DNA of 36,125 bases from a virus (Duplodnaviria > Caudoviricetes). Shown here piece after piece: positions 26,470 to 34,683 of this stretch; position 1 is the stretch's first letter; every line of letters starts with the position of its first letter. The position numbers and the translations under genes were made by a program. The stretch is from the IMG/VR virus record IMGVR_UViG_3300037565_000029, positions 1-36,125 of that record, one strand, 5' to 3'. The notes under the pieces were generated by a model that saw only the letters and a program-made list of their open reading frames with translations, did not search any database and was not told the DNA's origin.

Positions 26470-26849
26470 GCGCTCTCTCCCTTGATGTAGGAGAGGATTT
26501 CCTGATCAGCCCTGGCGTACTGGCGAAGAATAGCGGCAGCCTCTCGCGGCGTCTGTGCGCCAGCCTCCAATGCATCGGCTAGCGTCAAGAGCAGGTTGAC
26601 ACCCTCTTGCATCATCTCAGCCATCTCCGGTGCTTTGGAGATAAGGCGGGCGTTGGCTTCTCGCTCTGGCCTACCCAAGGCGGCATCAGCCTCACCAACG
26701 TAACCATGCGCGGGCTTGTGTGCCGACGAAAGCCAAGCCACGGCAACGCGGCGTCCGTTTTCGTCAACCATAAGACCGCAAGTTCCTTGCGCATCCTGAA
26801 TGTGTTCCCAAGGCCCCGGCGTCCAAGGTGTGTCGAGCGAGCTGGTCAT
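26466..26849 (-). CDS. Conserved phage early protein (TPGPW...ANARLI..APE family)
   Basis: WTPGPW and EANARLISKAPEM motifs. Confidence 0.8.
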   Translation of the reverse strand: MTSSLDTPWTPGPWEHIQDAQGTCGLMVDENGRRVAVAWLSSAHKPAHGYVGEADAALGRPEREANARLISKAPEMAEMMQEGVNLLLTLADALEAGAQTPREAAAILRQYARADQEILSYIKGESA

Positions 26850-27091
26850 TGTGTCTTCCCATCATGTGAAAGGATCGCTGCGCGCCCAGCGTCAGTGATG
26901 ACGTGAACGCCGTCGCGGTCGGGGTGAGGGGCTATAAGTCCGCGCCGCAGCAGCGCTTCGCGGGTCACGGTGTCGGCGTTGCCGGGCAGACTGGCGATGA
27001 CCACGCCCGCCTCACGATCCGGGTCAGGGTCAGCGCAGGCGTGCCGTAGCATGTGGGCAGCGCCGCGCGAGAGCTTTGGAGAGCTGGTCAC
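26846..27091 (-). CDS. Small winged-helix-like hypothetical protein
   Basis: TREALLRRGLI...ITDAGRAA. Confidence 0.6.
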   Translation of the reverse strand: MTSSPKLSRGAAHMLRHACADPDPDREAGVVIASLPGNADTVTREALLRRGLIAPHPDRDGVHVITDAGRAAILSHDGKTQ

Positions 27092-27252
27092 TGTCCCACC
27101 TCCATAAACAGCCCAGCATCACCAGAGAGCGCGCAGTAGAGCGTCACAGGGATGGCGAGCATGGCGGTGAGAAGAAGCGCCAGATGCGCAGTCATCGACC
27201 AGCTAGGCCAGATGATGCGAGGGCGGCGGATAGGAGGAGGGCAGTAGGTCAT
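27088..27252 (-). CDS. Small membrane protein (54 aa; absent from ORF track)
   Basis: MTYCPPPIRRPRIIWPSWSMTAHLALLLTAMLAIPVTLYCAL...; 4-nt overlaps on both sides. Confidence 0.6.
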   Translation of the reverse strand: MTYCPPPIRRPRIIWPSWSMTAHLALLLTAMLAIPVTLYCALSGDAGLFMEVGQ

Positions 27253-27533
27253 GCTGCAGCCTCCTGCTTGGCGGCGTGGTAGCCGTCGAGGAAAGCGCGG
27301 CGGGCGTAGACGTGAGGCAGTTCAAGCCGGGCGGCTTCGCGGGTGTCGTCATCACAGACGCATTCAAGGGCGGGCTGCTTCCAGAAGGTCTCCACAAACG
27401 CCTCAGCCAGCGTTTCCAGATCCCCTTCCGGCGCCCAGCCCATGCGCGCACTGGTCAGCGCGCCGACCTCGCGCATGAACGCCTCTAGGCGCTCGATCTC
27501 TTCGATGGCGGTTTGTTGTTGTCCCGGTCGCAT
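27249..27533 (-). CDS. Hypothetical protein
   Basis: GGAG SD; first gene after the HNH. Confidence 0.65.
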   Translation of the reverse strand: MRPGQQQTAIEEIERLEAFMREVGALTSARMGWAPEGDLETLAEAFVETFWKQPALECVCDDDTREAARLELPHVYARRAFLDGYHAAKQEAAA

Positions 27534-27545
27534 GTCGTGTCTCCC

Positions 27546-28076
27546 TTACGCGGCGCGCTTAATCCACGCCCAGCGTTTGCCGGAGCGGATTTGCGATACG
27601 TGATTGTTTGAAATGCCGTAAGCAGCCGCGACTTCAGTGTTGTTGCGCGGGTCTGCCAATATTGCTTGCACGTGATGCTCTGAGAGTTTGTCCGAGCGAC
27701 GTTTGCGGTGCTTTTGCCATGGCACTAATCTGCTCATGCGACCTTTTGAGATCGCGTCAGCAATGTTCTCTTTTTGCGTTCCCAGCCAAAGATGACGCGG
27801 GTTAATGCACCTTGGGTTATCGCAGGTGTGACAAACCACAAAGCCAGCGGGAATTAGGCCGCGATACAATGCATAAGAAGCGCGATGGGCGCGCATTCTG
27901 CCACGTCGGGCTCCGCGCCCTTTTGGGTAAACAATGCGCGGATATGGATGATTATAAGGGTGTTCAATGCACACCCGCAGGTCGCCGCGTGCGACAAGTT
28001 CTGTGACACGCCTGACCACAGCCTCAGGAATGTCGTCAGGGTGTAATGCTGGAGCATATGCCATCAATCTCTCCAT
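27546..28076 (-). CDS. HNH endonuclease with C-terminal HTH
   Basis: AHRASY, VVCHTCDNPRCINPRHLWLGTQKEN; lower GC. Confidence 0.9.
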   Translation of the reverse strand: MERLMAYAPALHPDDIPEAVVRRVTELVARGDLRVCIEHPYNHPYPRIVYPKGRGARRGRMRAHRASYALYRGLIPAGFVVCHTCDNPRCINPRHLWLGTQKENIADAISKGRMSRLVPWQKHRKRRSDKLSEHHVQAILADPRNNTEVAAAYGISNNHVSQIRSGKRWAWIKRAA

Positions 28077-28091
28077 CGCGTGTATGGAAAG

Positions 28092-28141
28092 ACCTTACGG
28101 CGGTAAAATTACCGCGTCAACGAAAAACGGTAAAAAAACCG
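28092..28141 (-). promoter_or_regulatory. PL promoter with two operators
   Basis: TTGACG-17-TAAGGT; CGGTAAAATTACCG (28101-28114) and CGGTAAAAAAACCG (28128-28141). Confidence 0.85.
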
Positions 28142-28143
28142 CT

Positions 28144-28779
28144 CTACATATCGAGCACGGTTCGACGGACCCTGCCGATCACCAGCGGTTCGCGGCCTGA
28201 CGCAAGGAATGTGGGCTCATGCGAGGGGTTTGTGGTCACCGGCTCAATGCGCGGCGGATCGGGGCGCCAGCGCTTGTACGTCGCGCCGCCTTCGCCGTCT
28301 CCAAACACATAACACGCGTTCGGTACGAGGCGGCGATCACGCCGGTCCACGAATATCAGGCTGTCGGGCGGTGATATGCGGTCCATGCTGTCGCCCTCAA
28401 CCGTTAGGGCGATCCAGTCACCGGCTGGGTCCAGATCGGGCGCGTAAACCCGCCGAGCGTTTTCTGCTTCAAGCACCGCATCGGGCGTTACAAGGGCGCC
28501 GGCGCTGATCCAGCTTATCAGCGGAGCGGAGCTGACCATGGGATCAATTTCGTGCTCGTCGCCGGTGCCGTCCAGCAGCCACCCGGCGTTCGTTTCAAGC
28601 ACGGGCGCAAGCGCTTGGATGGTCCGCGTCGAGACACCCCGGCGCTTCTCTGAGCGAGCCGCGCGCTGCATATTGCGGATGGCGTCCTTGCTGAGACCAG
28701 CGCGCACGGAAGCGCCCTGCGCCGTCAGACCGACCGCCTCTAGCCGCTTTTCGACACGTTCAAGCACGTCCTGAATCAT
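28144..28779 (-). CDS. cI: CI-like repressor (HTH + S24 peptidase)
   Basis: N-terminal HTH; ISWISAG cleavage site; VEGDSMD and ATYKR catalytic motifs; start uncertain. Confidence 0.92.
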   Translation of the reverse strand: MIQDVLERVEKRLEAVGLTAQGASVRAGLSKDAIRNMQRAARSEKRRGVSTRTIQALAPVLETNAGWLLDGTGDEHEIDPMVSSAPLISWISAGALVTPDAVLEAENARRVYAPDLDPAGDWIALTVEGDSMDRISPPDSLIFVDRRDRRLVPNACYVFGDGEGGATYKRWRPDPPRIEPVTTNPSHEPTFLASGREPLVIGRVRRTVLDM

Positions 28780-28816
28780 GGGCTGAAATATCCGCCCATG
28801 CATGCGCACCCGGAAG

Positions 28817-28860
28817 CGGTAAGATAACCGTTGACAGGGGCGGTAAAAATACCGCCTTAT
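28817..28860 (+). promoter_or_regulatory. PR region with two operators
   Basis: CGGTAAGATAACCG (28817-28830), TTGACA (28831-28836), CGGTAAAAATACCG (28841-28854); the -10 box is not clearly identifiable. Confidence 0.8.
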
Positions 28861-29101
28861 GTCGCGCATGAGCCAGATCGAACAAATCCTCACGCTTGCG
28901 CGCGCCTACGCTTCTGCGGAGGGCGTCGAGCTTTCGACCGTCAGTTGGCGGGTTTTCGGCGACACCAAGAAGCTGCGCGCACTGGACGAGGGTGGAGATC
29001 TTCATACTCGCCGCGCCTCTGCCGCTCTGGCGTGGTTTGGCGAGAACTGGCCGGACGGTGCTGACTGGCCGCAGGGAATTGAGCGCGGCGAGGTGGCCTG
29101 A
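28859..29101 (+). CDS. cro: Cro-like protein
   Basis: Divergent from cI; LSTVSWRVFGDTKKL, WPDGADWP; start at 28859 or 28868. Confidence 0.75.
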   Translation: MSRMSQIEQILTLARAYASAEGVELSTVSWRVFGDTKKLRALDEGGDLHTRRASAALAWFGENWPDGADWPQGIERGEVA

Positions 29102-29267
29102 TGCTCGATCTCGCGCGCTCTCAAGATCGCTTCGATCTCCAGCCGGTGAAGCTGTCCGGCCAAGGCTCTCAGTCTGGCTGCTTTCTCAATCATCACGGCC
29201 TCCATGGGCGCGAAGGTACATCGCGCCGGGCCGGGGCCTCCACGAAAATCAAAGGGGAGATTTTGCA

Positions 29268-29740
29268 TGAGCCGCAAGCAAGCCGCTGATGCGTTCGACG
29301 CTCTTGTGTCGAGCCTTCCGTACCCGTCCGGGTCGGTGGCCATCGCCATGCTGGATGAGGCCGGGTTCAGCGTAAGCCCATGTCGCCTGTCGAAATGGCG
29401 CAGCGATGAACACGAAGAGCAGGTGCCGTTTTCGATAGTCTGGGGACTGCAGGTCCAGTCCGGTAAGACCATAGCGTCTGACCTTATGGGTAATGCGGTC
29501 GATTGCGAAAGTATCGGCGCATCAATCGAGGTGCTGGCGTCTCAAGCGACCATGCTGGCGGCGAAGGCTAACGCCAAGGTCACGGCGACCAAGTGCCCTA
29601 AGAGCGATGGCGGGGCGAAAACCACCCCGCGCGAGGCGACCGAGTGCATCAAAGACATCGACAAGGCCGTTGACGCGCTGATGGCGACGCGCCGGAGCCT
29701 GGAGGCCCTGTGCGCTCAGCAGAAAGGGGCGGCGGCATGA
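29268..29740 (+). CDS. CII-like regulator
   Basis: Position; SDGGAKTTPREA..I C-terminal pattern; GGAG SD. Confidence 0.55.
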
Positions 29741-29955
29741 GGGTCATCATAGACAATCCTGAGTGCGCACCGGCTGGCGGCATTGAGCGCGCCGTCCGAA
29801 GCGCGCTTGAGTTTGCTGAGACAGCTCCTGTCGGGGCGCTGTGCGGGTTTGCGTGCCGAGACGGATCAACCTTTGGCGCGAAGCGAAACGCCAAATCCGT
29901 GCGCGTCAGCTTCAATCAAGTCGAGCGCGCCGATAGCGCGGGGAGGGCGGCATGA
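29737..29955 (+). CDS. Hypothetical protein
   Basis: ATGA overlaps on both ends. Confidence 0.6.
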   Translation: MRVIIDNPECAPAGGIERAVRSALEFAETAPVGALCGFACRDGSTFGAKRNAKSVRVSFNQVERADSAGRAA

Positions 29956-30113
29956 CCCTCTCCCAATACCGCACCCGCTACATATGCGCTCCCAAGGGAC
30001 AGAAGCGCCAGCGCTGGGCTGAGCTGCGCGCGGCCATGGCTGCTGCGCTCGCTGGTCAATCCTCTCACTCATACCGCCATGCGCGGGGAGCGGGGGTGGA
30101 AGATGGCGTTTAA
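29952..30113 (+). CDS. Hypothetical protein (53 aa; absent from ORF track)
   Basis: GGAGG SD; MTLSQYRTRYICAPKGQKRQRWAEL... Confidence 0.55.
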   Translation: MTLSQYRTRYICAPKGQKRQRWAELRAAMAAALAGQSSHSYRHARGAGVEDGV

Positions 30114-30642
30114 GTCACCTCGCTCTGCCAAAGCTAAGGGGTCTTCCTTTGAGCGCGATGTGGCGAAAGCCCTTGCGCAAGCTTCTGACTGCGACCTGAC
30201 CCGGCGACAGCCTGGAAGCGGGGCAATCGACGGATTCAGCGGCGATGTGGTCTTAGACCCGCGCGGCTGGGACATGAAGATTGAATGCAAGCACCGCAAG
30301 CAGATCGCCGGATATGACCGGTTGGAAAAGGCTCGGCTGCTGTCGGACGGCGTGATGGTGGATACGCCTGCCGGTGTGGCCTTTTGGCTGGCTGACGAGT
30401 TTTGGCTTGAACTGGTTTCGCGCTGCTACGGACGCGGCGGCAAGGGCGAACTGCGCCCCGATCTGGTCACGCTGAAGACCGGAACGCCCCTCAAGACATT
30501 TGACGGCTGGCTGAAGGGGTGCAGCGCCCTTGTCGTCAAGCCCAACCACAAGCCTGCGCGCTGGTATGTCCCCAATGACGTGTTTTGGGCGGCGTTCACG
30601 TATGCGGCGCGGGCTGAATTTGATCCGCACACGGCTGCGTGA
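30103..30642 (+). CDS. Hjc-like PD-(D/E)xK nuclease / Holliday junction resolvase
   Basis: KAKGSSFERDVA, PGSGA, GDV, IECK. Confidence 0.8.
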   Translation: MAFKSPRSAKAKGSSFERDVAKALAQASDCDLTRRQPGSGAIDGFSGDVVLDPRGWDMKIECKHRKQIAGYDRLEKARLLSDGVMVDTPAGVAFWLADEFWLELVSRCYGRGGKGELRPDLVTLKTGTPLKTFDGWLKGCSALVVKPNHKPARWYVPNDVFWAAFTYAARAEFDPHTAA

Positions 30643-30663
30643 TCGTCACCATAGGAGGCGACA

Positions 30664-31038
30664 ATGCCGACAACCCTCAGCCCTGACGAGTTCCTGCGCC
30701 GCGCGCGTCAACGCAACGCCACCCCGATCATGCGGGCCAATGTCCTGCGTCCGGGTGATGCGCGCCCGCCAGCGCCTAAATCGCCGGTTCTGACGCAGAC
30801 GCAGAAGATCCTTCTAGAGGTCGGGATCAAGCACGGCTACACGCCTGACGAACTCAAGGGCAAGCGCCGCCGTCACGCCCTGGTGCTGGCCCGCCATGAG
30901 GCGATGTATCGCCTGCGCACCGAGACCGGCCTGAGCTTCCCGCAAATCGGCCTCCGTTTGGGCGGGCGTGATCACTCGACAGTGATTCACGGCGTCAAGA
31001 CGCATTGCAAGCGCAACGGCTTGGAGCTTCCGGCATGA
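30664..31038 (+). CDS. DnaA C-terminal (domain IV) HTH protein
   Basis: ARHEAMYRL...SFPQIGLRLGGRDHSTVIHG. Confidence 0.85.
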   Translation: MPTTLSPDEFLRRARQRNATPIMRANVLRPGDARPPAPKSPVLTQTQKILLEVGIKHGYTPDELKGKRRRHALVLARHEAMYRLRTETGLSFPQIGLRLGGRDHSTVIHGVKTHCKRNGLELPA

Positions 31039-31934
31039 GCCTCGCGTACTTTCCTCTGTACCCCGACGATTTTGAAGCGGACACGGCGCACCTGTCTCTT
31101 GCTGAGGACGGGGCCTTCAACCGGCTCCTGCGGCTTTGCTGGCGCACGCCGGGCTGCTCGGTCCCTGCGGACCGGGAGTGGATTTATCGCCGCCTGCGAG
31201 CGCGGACGGACGATGAGCGGGCGGTTGTGGATGTGGTGATCGACGAATTTTTCGTCACCAAAAACGGTCGCCTTAGCAATGCTAGGCTCACGAAAGAATG
31301 GCTAGCCGCAAACGAGGCTCACGAGCGGCGCAAAAATGCGGGTTCGAAGGGCGGGCGATCTAAGGCACTGAAAACAAAAGATCAGAAGCCTAGCAATGCT
31401 AGAGCAAAGCTCAAGCAACCAGAACCAGAACCAGAACCATTAGAAGAAGAGCCTAAAGGCTCTAGGGCGCGCAAGCGCGCCACCCGCCTGTCTGAGGATT
31501 GGGTTTGCCCTGAGGAGTGGATTGATGAAGCGGTTGCAGCCGGACTTGGAAGCCATGAGGCCCGACAGCTCGCAGAGCAAATGCGAGACTGGTCACTCTC
31601 CAGCCCGAAGGGCGCAAAGCTTGACTGGCGCGCAACGTGGCGAGGCTTCGTCCGGCGGGAGCTTGCGGACCGTGGCAAGCCGTCCGGTGGAGGTGGAGGC
31701 GGCAACCATGCCGACCGCCAGCGAGCCAGCGCCGACGCTCATCAATCAGCCAGCGTACGCGTTGCTGCGCGCCTCATGGGATACGGCGATGACGGCGGAC
31801 CCGGAGGACATGGCGGCGGTGAGCCGAGCGCTTTGCGAGTCGTTGACGGCGGTGCGCCCGGATCAGGCTTTGGCTTTGATCGAACGGTTGGCGAGGCACT
31901 ATCCGCGCCAAGTCCGAAACGAGCGCGAGGCTGA
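31035..31934 (+). CDS. Replication initiator (DUF1376/YdaU-like)
   Basis: YFPLYPDDFEADTAHLSLAEDGAF.RLL; PEPEPEP linker; KLDWRATWR C-terminal domain. Confidence 0.85.
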   Translation: MSLAYFPLYPDDFEADTAHLSLAEDGAFNRLLRLCWRTPGCSVPADREWIYRRLRARTDDERAVVDVVIDEFFVTKNGRLSNARLTKEWLAANEAHERRKNAGSKGGRSKALKTKDQKPSNARAKLKQPEPEPEPLEEEPKGSRARKRATRLSEDWVCPEEWIDEAVAAGLGSHEARQLAEQMRDWSLSSPKGAKLDWRATWRGFVRRELADRGKPSGGGGGGNHADRQRASADAHQSASVRVAARLMGYGDDGGPGGHGGGEPSALRVVDGGAPGSGFGFDRTVGEALSAPSPKRARG

Positions 31935-32142
31935 GCTGTACCTTGAAGATTGGTGGCAGGACGTGAGCGATTTTCCGGCGGACATTTTGGCCTCGGCCTG
32001 CGCGCAGTACCGGCGCAGCGAAGCGCGGTTCATGGCGACGCCGGGGCAGATCAGGGCCATTGCCGAACCGATCTTGTCATACCGCAAGCGCCTCGCAGAT
32101 CGCGCCGACCTTATCCGACAAGCCCAAGAGCGGGCCGCATGA
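31708..32142 (+). CDS. Putative helicase loader / replication accessory protein
   Basis: DWWQDVSDFPADIL..AC..YRR...FMATPGQIR; follows the initiator; start uncertain. Confidence 0.6.
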   Translation: MPTASEPAPTLINQPAYALLRASWDTAMTADPEDMAAVSRALCESLTAVRPDQALALIERLARHYPRQVRNEREAELYLEDWWQDVSDFPADILASACAQYRRSEARFMATPGQIRAIAEPILSYRKRLADRADLIRQAQERAA

Positions 32143-32245
32143 TCCAATCCCTCAAGCAATGGCTTTACCGCCGCCGTCGCTTGAAGTGGGGCCGCAAGGT
32201 CAATGGCGGGAGACTTCAACAGAGCAGGCCGGGAAGGGCGAGAGC

Positions 32246-32401
32246 ATGGCGGTGAACTGGCGCAAGCCCCTCTGGATCAATGACGAGCTGGTGATGGAGG
32301 AAGCCCGCCGCCGAGAGCGCAATGGCGAGGGCCGTGTGATTGATGACGGGATACCGCCAGCGCGGTGGGTTCCAAAGCAGAAGGGCGCGCATCATGGCTA
32401 A
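32246..32401 (+). CDS. Hypothetical protein (51 aa)
   Basis: Tight overlaps with neighbours. Confidence 0.45.
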   Translation: MAVNWRKPLWINDELVMEEARRRERNGEGRVIDDGIPPARWVPKQKGAHHG

Positions 32402-32915
32402 ATCGACCCACAAGAATAAAAAGGCCAAGGCTAAAAAAGCGGGCATGTTCGCCGTGCCGAGTGCGCCAGCAAAGCACGCTTGCGGTAAGAAGGTGTATGT
32501 GCCGGACCCTGAAAAGATCGGGCCGACGCCGGAAACCAAGCGCCGCCTTCGCATTGATGGTCCTACCTGCAAGATTCAGCGTCTGGTCTGGATGGGCGTG
32601 ATTACCGATGACCAGGCCGACGCGGTTCAGCGGTACGCTGGTATTCTCGCGCGGGCTGGGTTGCTTGGGAAAGCCCCTCAGTCATGGGTGCGCCAGTTGA
32701 TCGACAATGGGGGTGGTTCTGAAGTGCCTGACGAGGCGCGTCAAGAGGCCATGCGCGCGCTCAAGAAAGACCTTTGGCCAGCGCTTGATGGCGAGGAAGT
32801 GCGCGAGTTGGGCAGGGTGTGCCGACAAGAGGACACGAAAGCGCCGGGCCACGTCGCCAATGGCGCAAGGTCTCTGGTTAAGCTTTTGATCGGAGGGGAC
32901 AAGAAAGCGGCTTGA
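32394..32915 (+). CDS. Putative late-transcription regulator (Q-position gene)
   Basis: Last early gene before a promoter; GPTPE and GVITDDQADAVQRY motifs seen in alphaproteobacterial phage genes at this position. Confidence 0.55.
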   Translation: MAKSTHKNKKAKAKKAGMFAVPSAPAKHACGKKVYVPDPEKIGPTPETKRRLRIDGPTCKIQRLVWMGVITDDQADAVQRYAGILARAGLLGKAPQSWVRQLIDNGGGSEVPDEARQEAMRALKKDLWPALDGEEVRELGRVCRQEDTKAPGHVANGARSLVKLLIGGDKKAA

Positions 32916-32941
32916 CAGGGTACGCGCTATGCGCGTAGATT
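32912..32941 (+). promoter_or_regulatory. Putative late promoter with palindrome in spacer
   Basis: TTGACA-18-TAGATT; tacgcgc-tat-gcgcgta at 32921-32937. Confidence 0.65.
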
Positions 32942-32944
32942 TCC

Positions 32945-33615
32945 GTTTGATACGAAGGCGCTTTGCGCCAGTAGCACAGAACACCGCTCCACCAGCGTGA
33001 GGCTGGATGCGAAAGAGAATCAAACGGTAGCCCCGTTTGCGTGCTTGTGAGCTTATCACGTCAGATCAATGCTCCCGCCGCCCGGTCGGTTATCTGGGCA
33101 ACAGCTTTCACCGCCCTATGGCGGTAACGAGATTGGGTGGTCTCGGTCCAGTTTTGATTAAGAGGGCTTGGAATGGTAAACCGGCCCCGCCACCCAATGC
33201 CCACACCCCGGCGCTTCACTGCGACGGGTAAGGGATCGGCGGCAACACAAGACCAGATATGTGGGGCGATAAAGGGGTAGACAGGGCTGGCAACCGAAAG
33301 GGAGTGTCCTCTACACCGCCGCTCGCCTGCCGCCGAGCATATACCGGGAGACCGGTGACGAGATCGGGCGTTGACGAGCAAGCGCGCATTGTTCGTATCG
33401 GCGATATGCCCGCCCGAACCGAATCCTACCTTAATGCTCGGAAATTTAAAGGATTTTTGCATCTAATACGGGATTTTCCCGCATTTGCGAATCCCACCCC
33501 ATAGCCCATAAGGGCTGAACAGAGTGACGATGCGTTGGGTGATTTGCCGAGGCGTATAGAAACGCTGAAGCCGCCATCGTCCACCCCGTCAGGCTTCGGC
33601 TTGGCGGGGTTTTCT
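32945..33615 (+). ncRNA. Candidate large structured non-coding RNA (~670 nt)
   Basis: No credible ORF; bounded by promoter and terminator; more than 12 stems, GNRA loops and several crossing pairings. Confidence 0.6.
33583..33615 (+). terminator. Intrinsic terminator
   Basis: accccgtcaggc-ttcg-gcttggcggggt-tttct. Confidence 0.8.
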
Positions 33616-33800
33616 ATGCGGGCTAGCGCCGATGCATTTCGGTATGCGGCCCGCTTCCAGATTCCAGAACACCGGGCGTGCGATACCCCTCAAGAGCTTC
33701 GAGCCTTAACCTGATCGCACTGGCCCGGTTCCCTATGCGCCATATTGGCGGCATCCGCCCCGCGACGGTATCGCGAATCAGTAGAAGCAGGAGAAGCAGG

Positions 33801-34091
33801 ATGTATTTTACGGTTAAATGCGTTGGCCCTGATGGCACGCACCAATTTTTTCAGACTGCGGAGGTCATTGCGACGCCGAGCGATAAGGTTTCACCCCCTC
33901 AGGCGGCGACGGTTTCGTTTCATTACGGCCCCCGGAATGACTACGTCGAAATGCATGAGGGCGAGATTTTCGTCATGAACGACCAAGGCAAGACCGTCGA
34001 GCGGTATCGTTTGGCGGCTGGATTCGCGCGCGATGGCGACACTGTCACGACAGCGCCTGGTGTCCCTGCTGAGCGCACCAAGGCGGCGTAA
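33801..34091 (+). CDS. Hypothetical protein (96 aa)
   Basis: AGGAG SD; ends ...IFVMNDQGKTVERY. Confidence 0.7.
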   Translation: MYFTVKCVGPDGTHQFFQTAEVIATPSDKVSPPQAATVSFHYGPRNDYVEMHEGEIFVMNDQGKTVERYRLAAGFARDGDTVTTAPGVPAERTKAA

Positions 34092-34164
34092 CGAAACAGC
34101 CCGTCCCGTGTTTCACATCACGCAAGTGGTGCGGTGCTCTCCCAGGTGCGGGGCGGGCTGGCCT

Positions 34165-34515
34165 ATGGAGGCGCGCGTGACTGACCGCCGCAGCGCCGAA
34201 GCCGAAGAGTACCGCAAGCTCTACAAGTCGGCTCGATGGCGTGCGCTTCGACAGCAGCAGCTAAGCCGCCAACCTCTATGCGGGCGATGCTTAATCGAAG
34301 GCAAGACGACAGCGGCGACGGTGGCTAACCACCGCATACCGCACAAAGGCGACCCGGCGCTGTTCTGGGATAGCGAGAACCTGGAAAGCACCTGCAAGCG
34401 TCACCACGACAGCCACATCCAAAGCGAAGAGCGCAGAGGCTACAGCAAGGCCGTGGATGCGTCGGGATGGCCAAGTGACCCCATGCACCCCGCTAACCGT
34501 GGGAGCGCTCTGTGA
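34165..34515 (+). CDS. Packaging-associated HNH endonuclease (HK97 gp74-like)
   Basis: LYKSARWR, PLCGRC, VANHRIPHKGD..LFWD..NLESTCKRHH; start at 34165 or 34177. Confidence 0.88.
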   Translation: MEARVTDRRSAEAEEYRKLYKSARWRALRQQQLSRQPLCGRCLIEGKTTAATVANHRIPHKGDPALFWDSENLESTCKRHHDSHIQSEERRGYSKAVDASGWPSDPMHPANRGSAL

Positions 34516-34548
34516 GGCCCACAGCGGGCAAGGCGGGGAGGCTAGCAC

Positions 34549-34640
34549 GGGGAGGGGCGGGTCAAATCTCTGGAGCGGAGAGCGCAGGGACCGGCGTGGG
34601 GGTCTATTTTTCGCATCCACAATTCGGACAATTGGGAAAT
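34549..34640. other. Probable cos/packaging-initiation region
   Basis: ggggaggggcgggtcaaatctct...gggaccggcg in the HNH-terS gap, the usual cos location in HK97-like phages; exact cut site not determined. Confidence 0.5.
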
Positions 34641-34683
34641 GATGCGCGGTTTCGCACTTTGTTCGTGCGGATAAGGAAACGAT

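Noticed and set aside
32984-33290. Permuted two-piece tmRNA (ccgctccacca plus ggggcga could form a G3-U70 acceptor stem)
   Set aside because: There is no T arm before the CCA, the pieces are about 270 nt apart, and no tag frame ending in AA-stop was found. Probably chance, though an ARAGORN run is cheap.
33281-33310. c-di-GMP-I riboswitch-like GGCAA-CC-GAAA-GG-GA
   Set aside because: The following GCAAAG and second stem are absent.
32945-33615. Group I/II intron, RNase P or retron RNA
   Set aside because: No conserved core motifs were recognised, there is no interrupted gene, and the genome has no reverse transcriptase.
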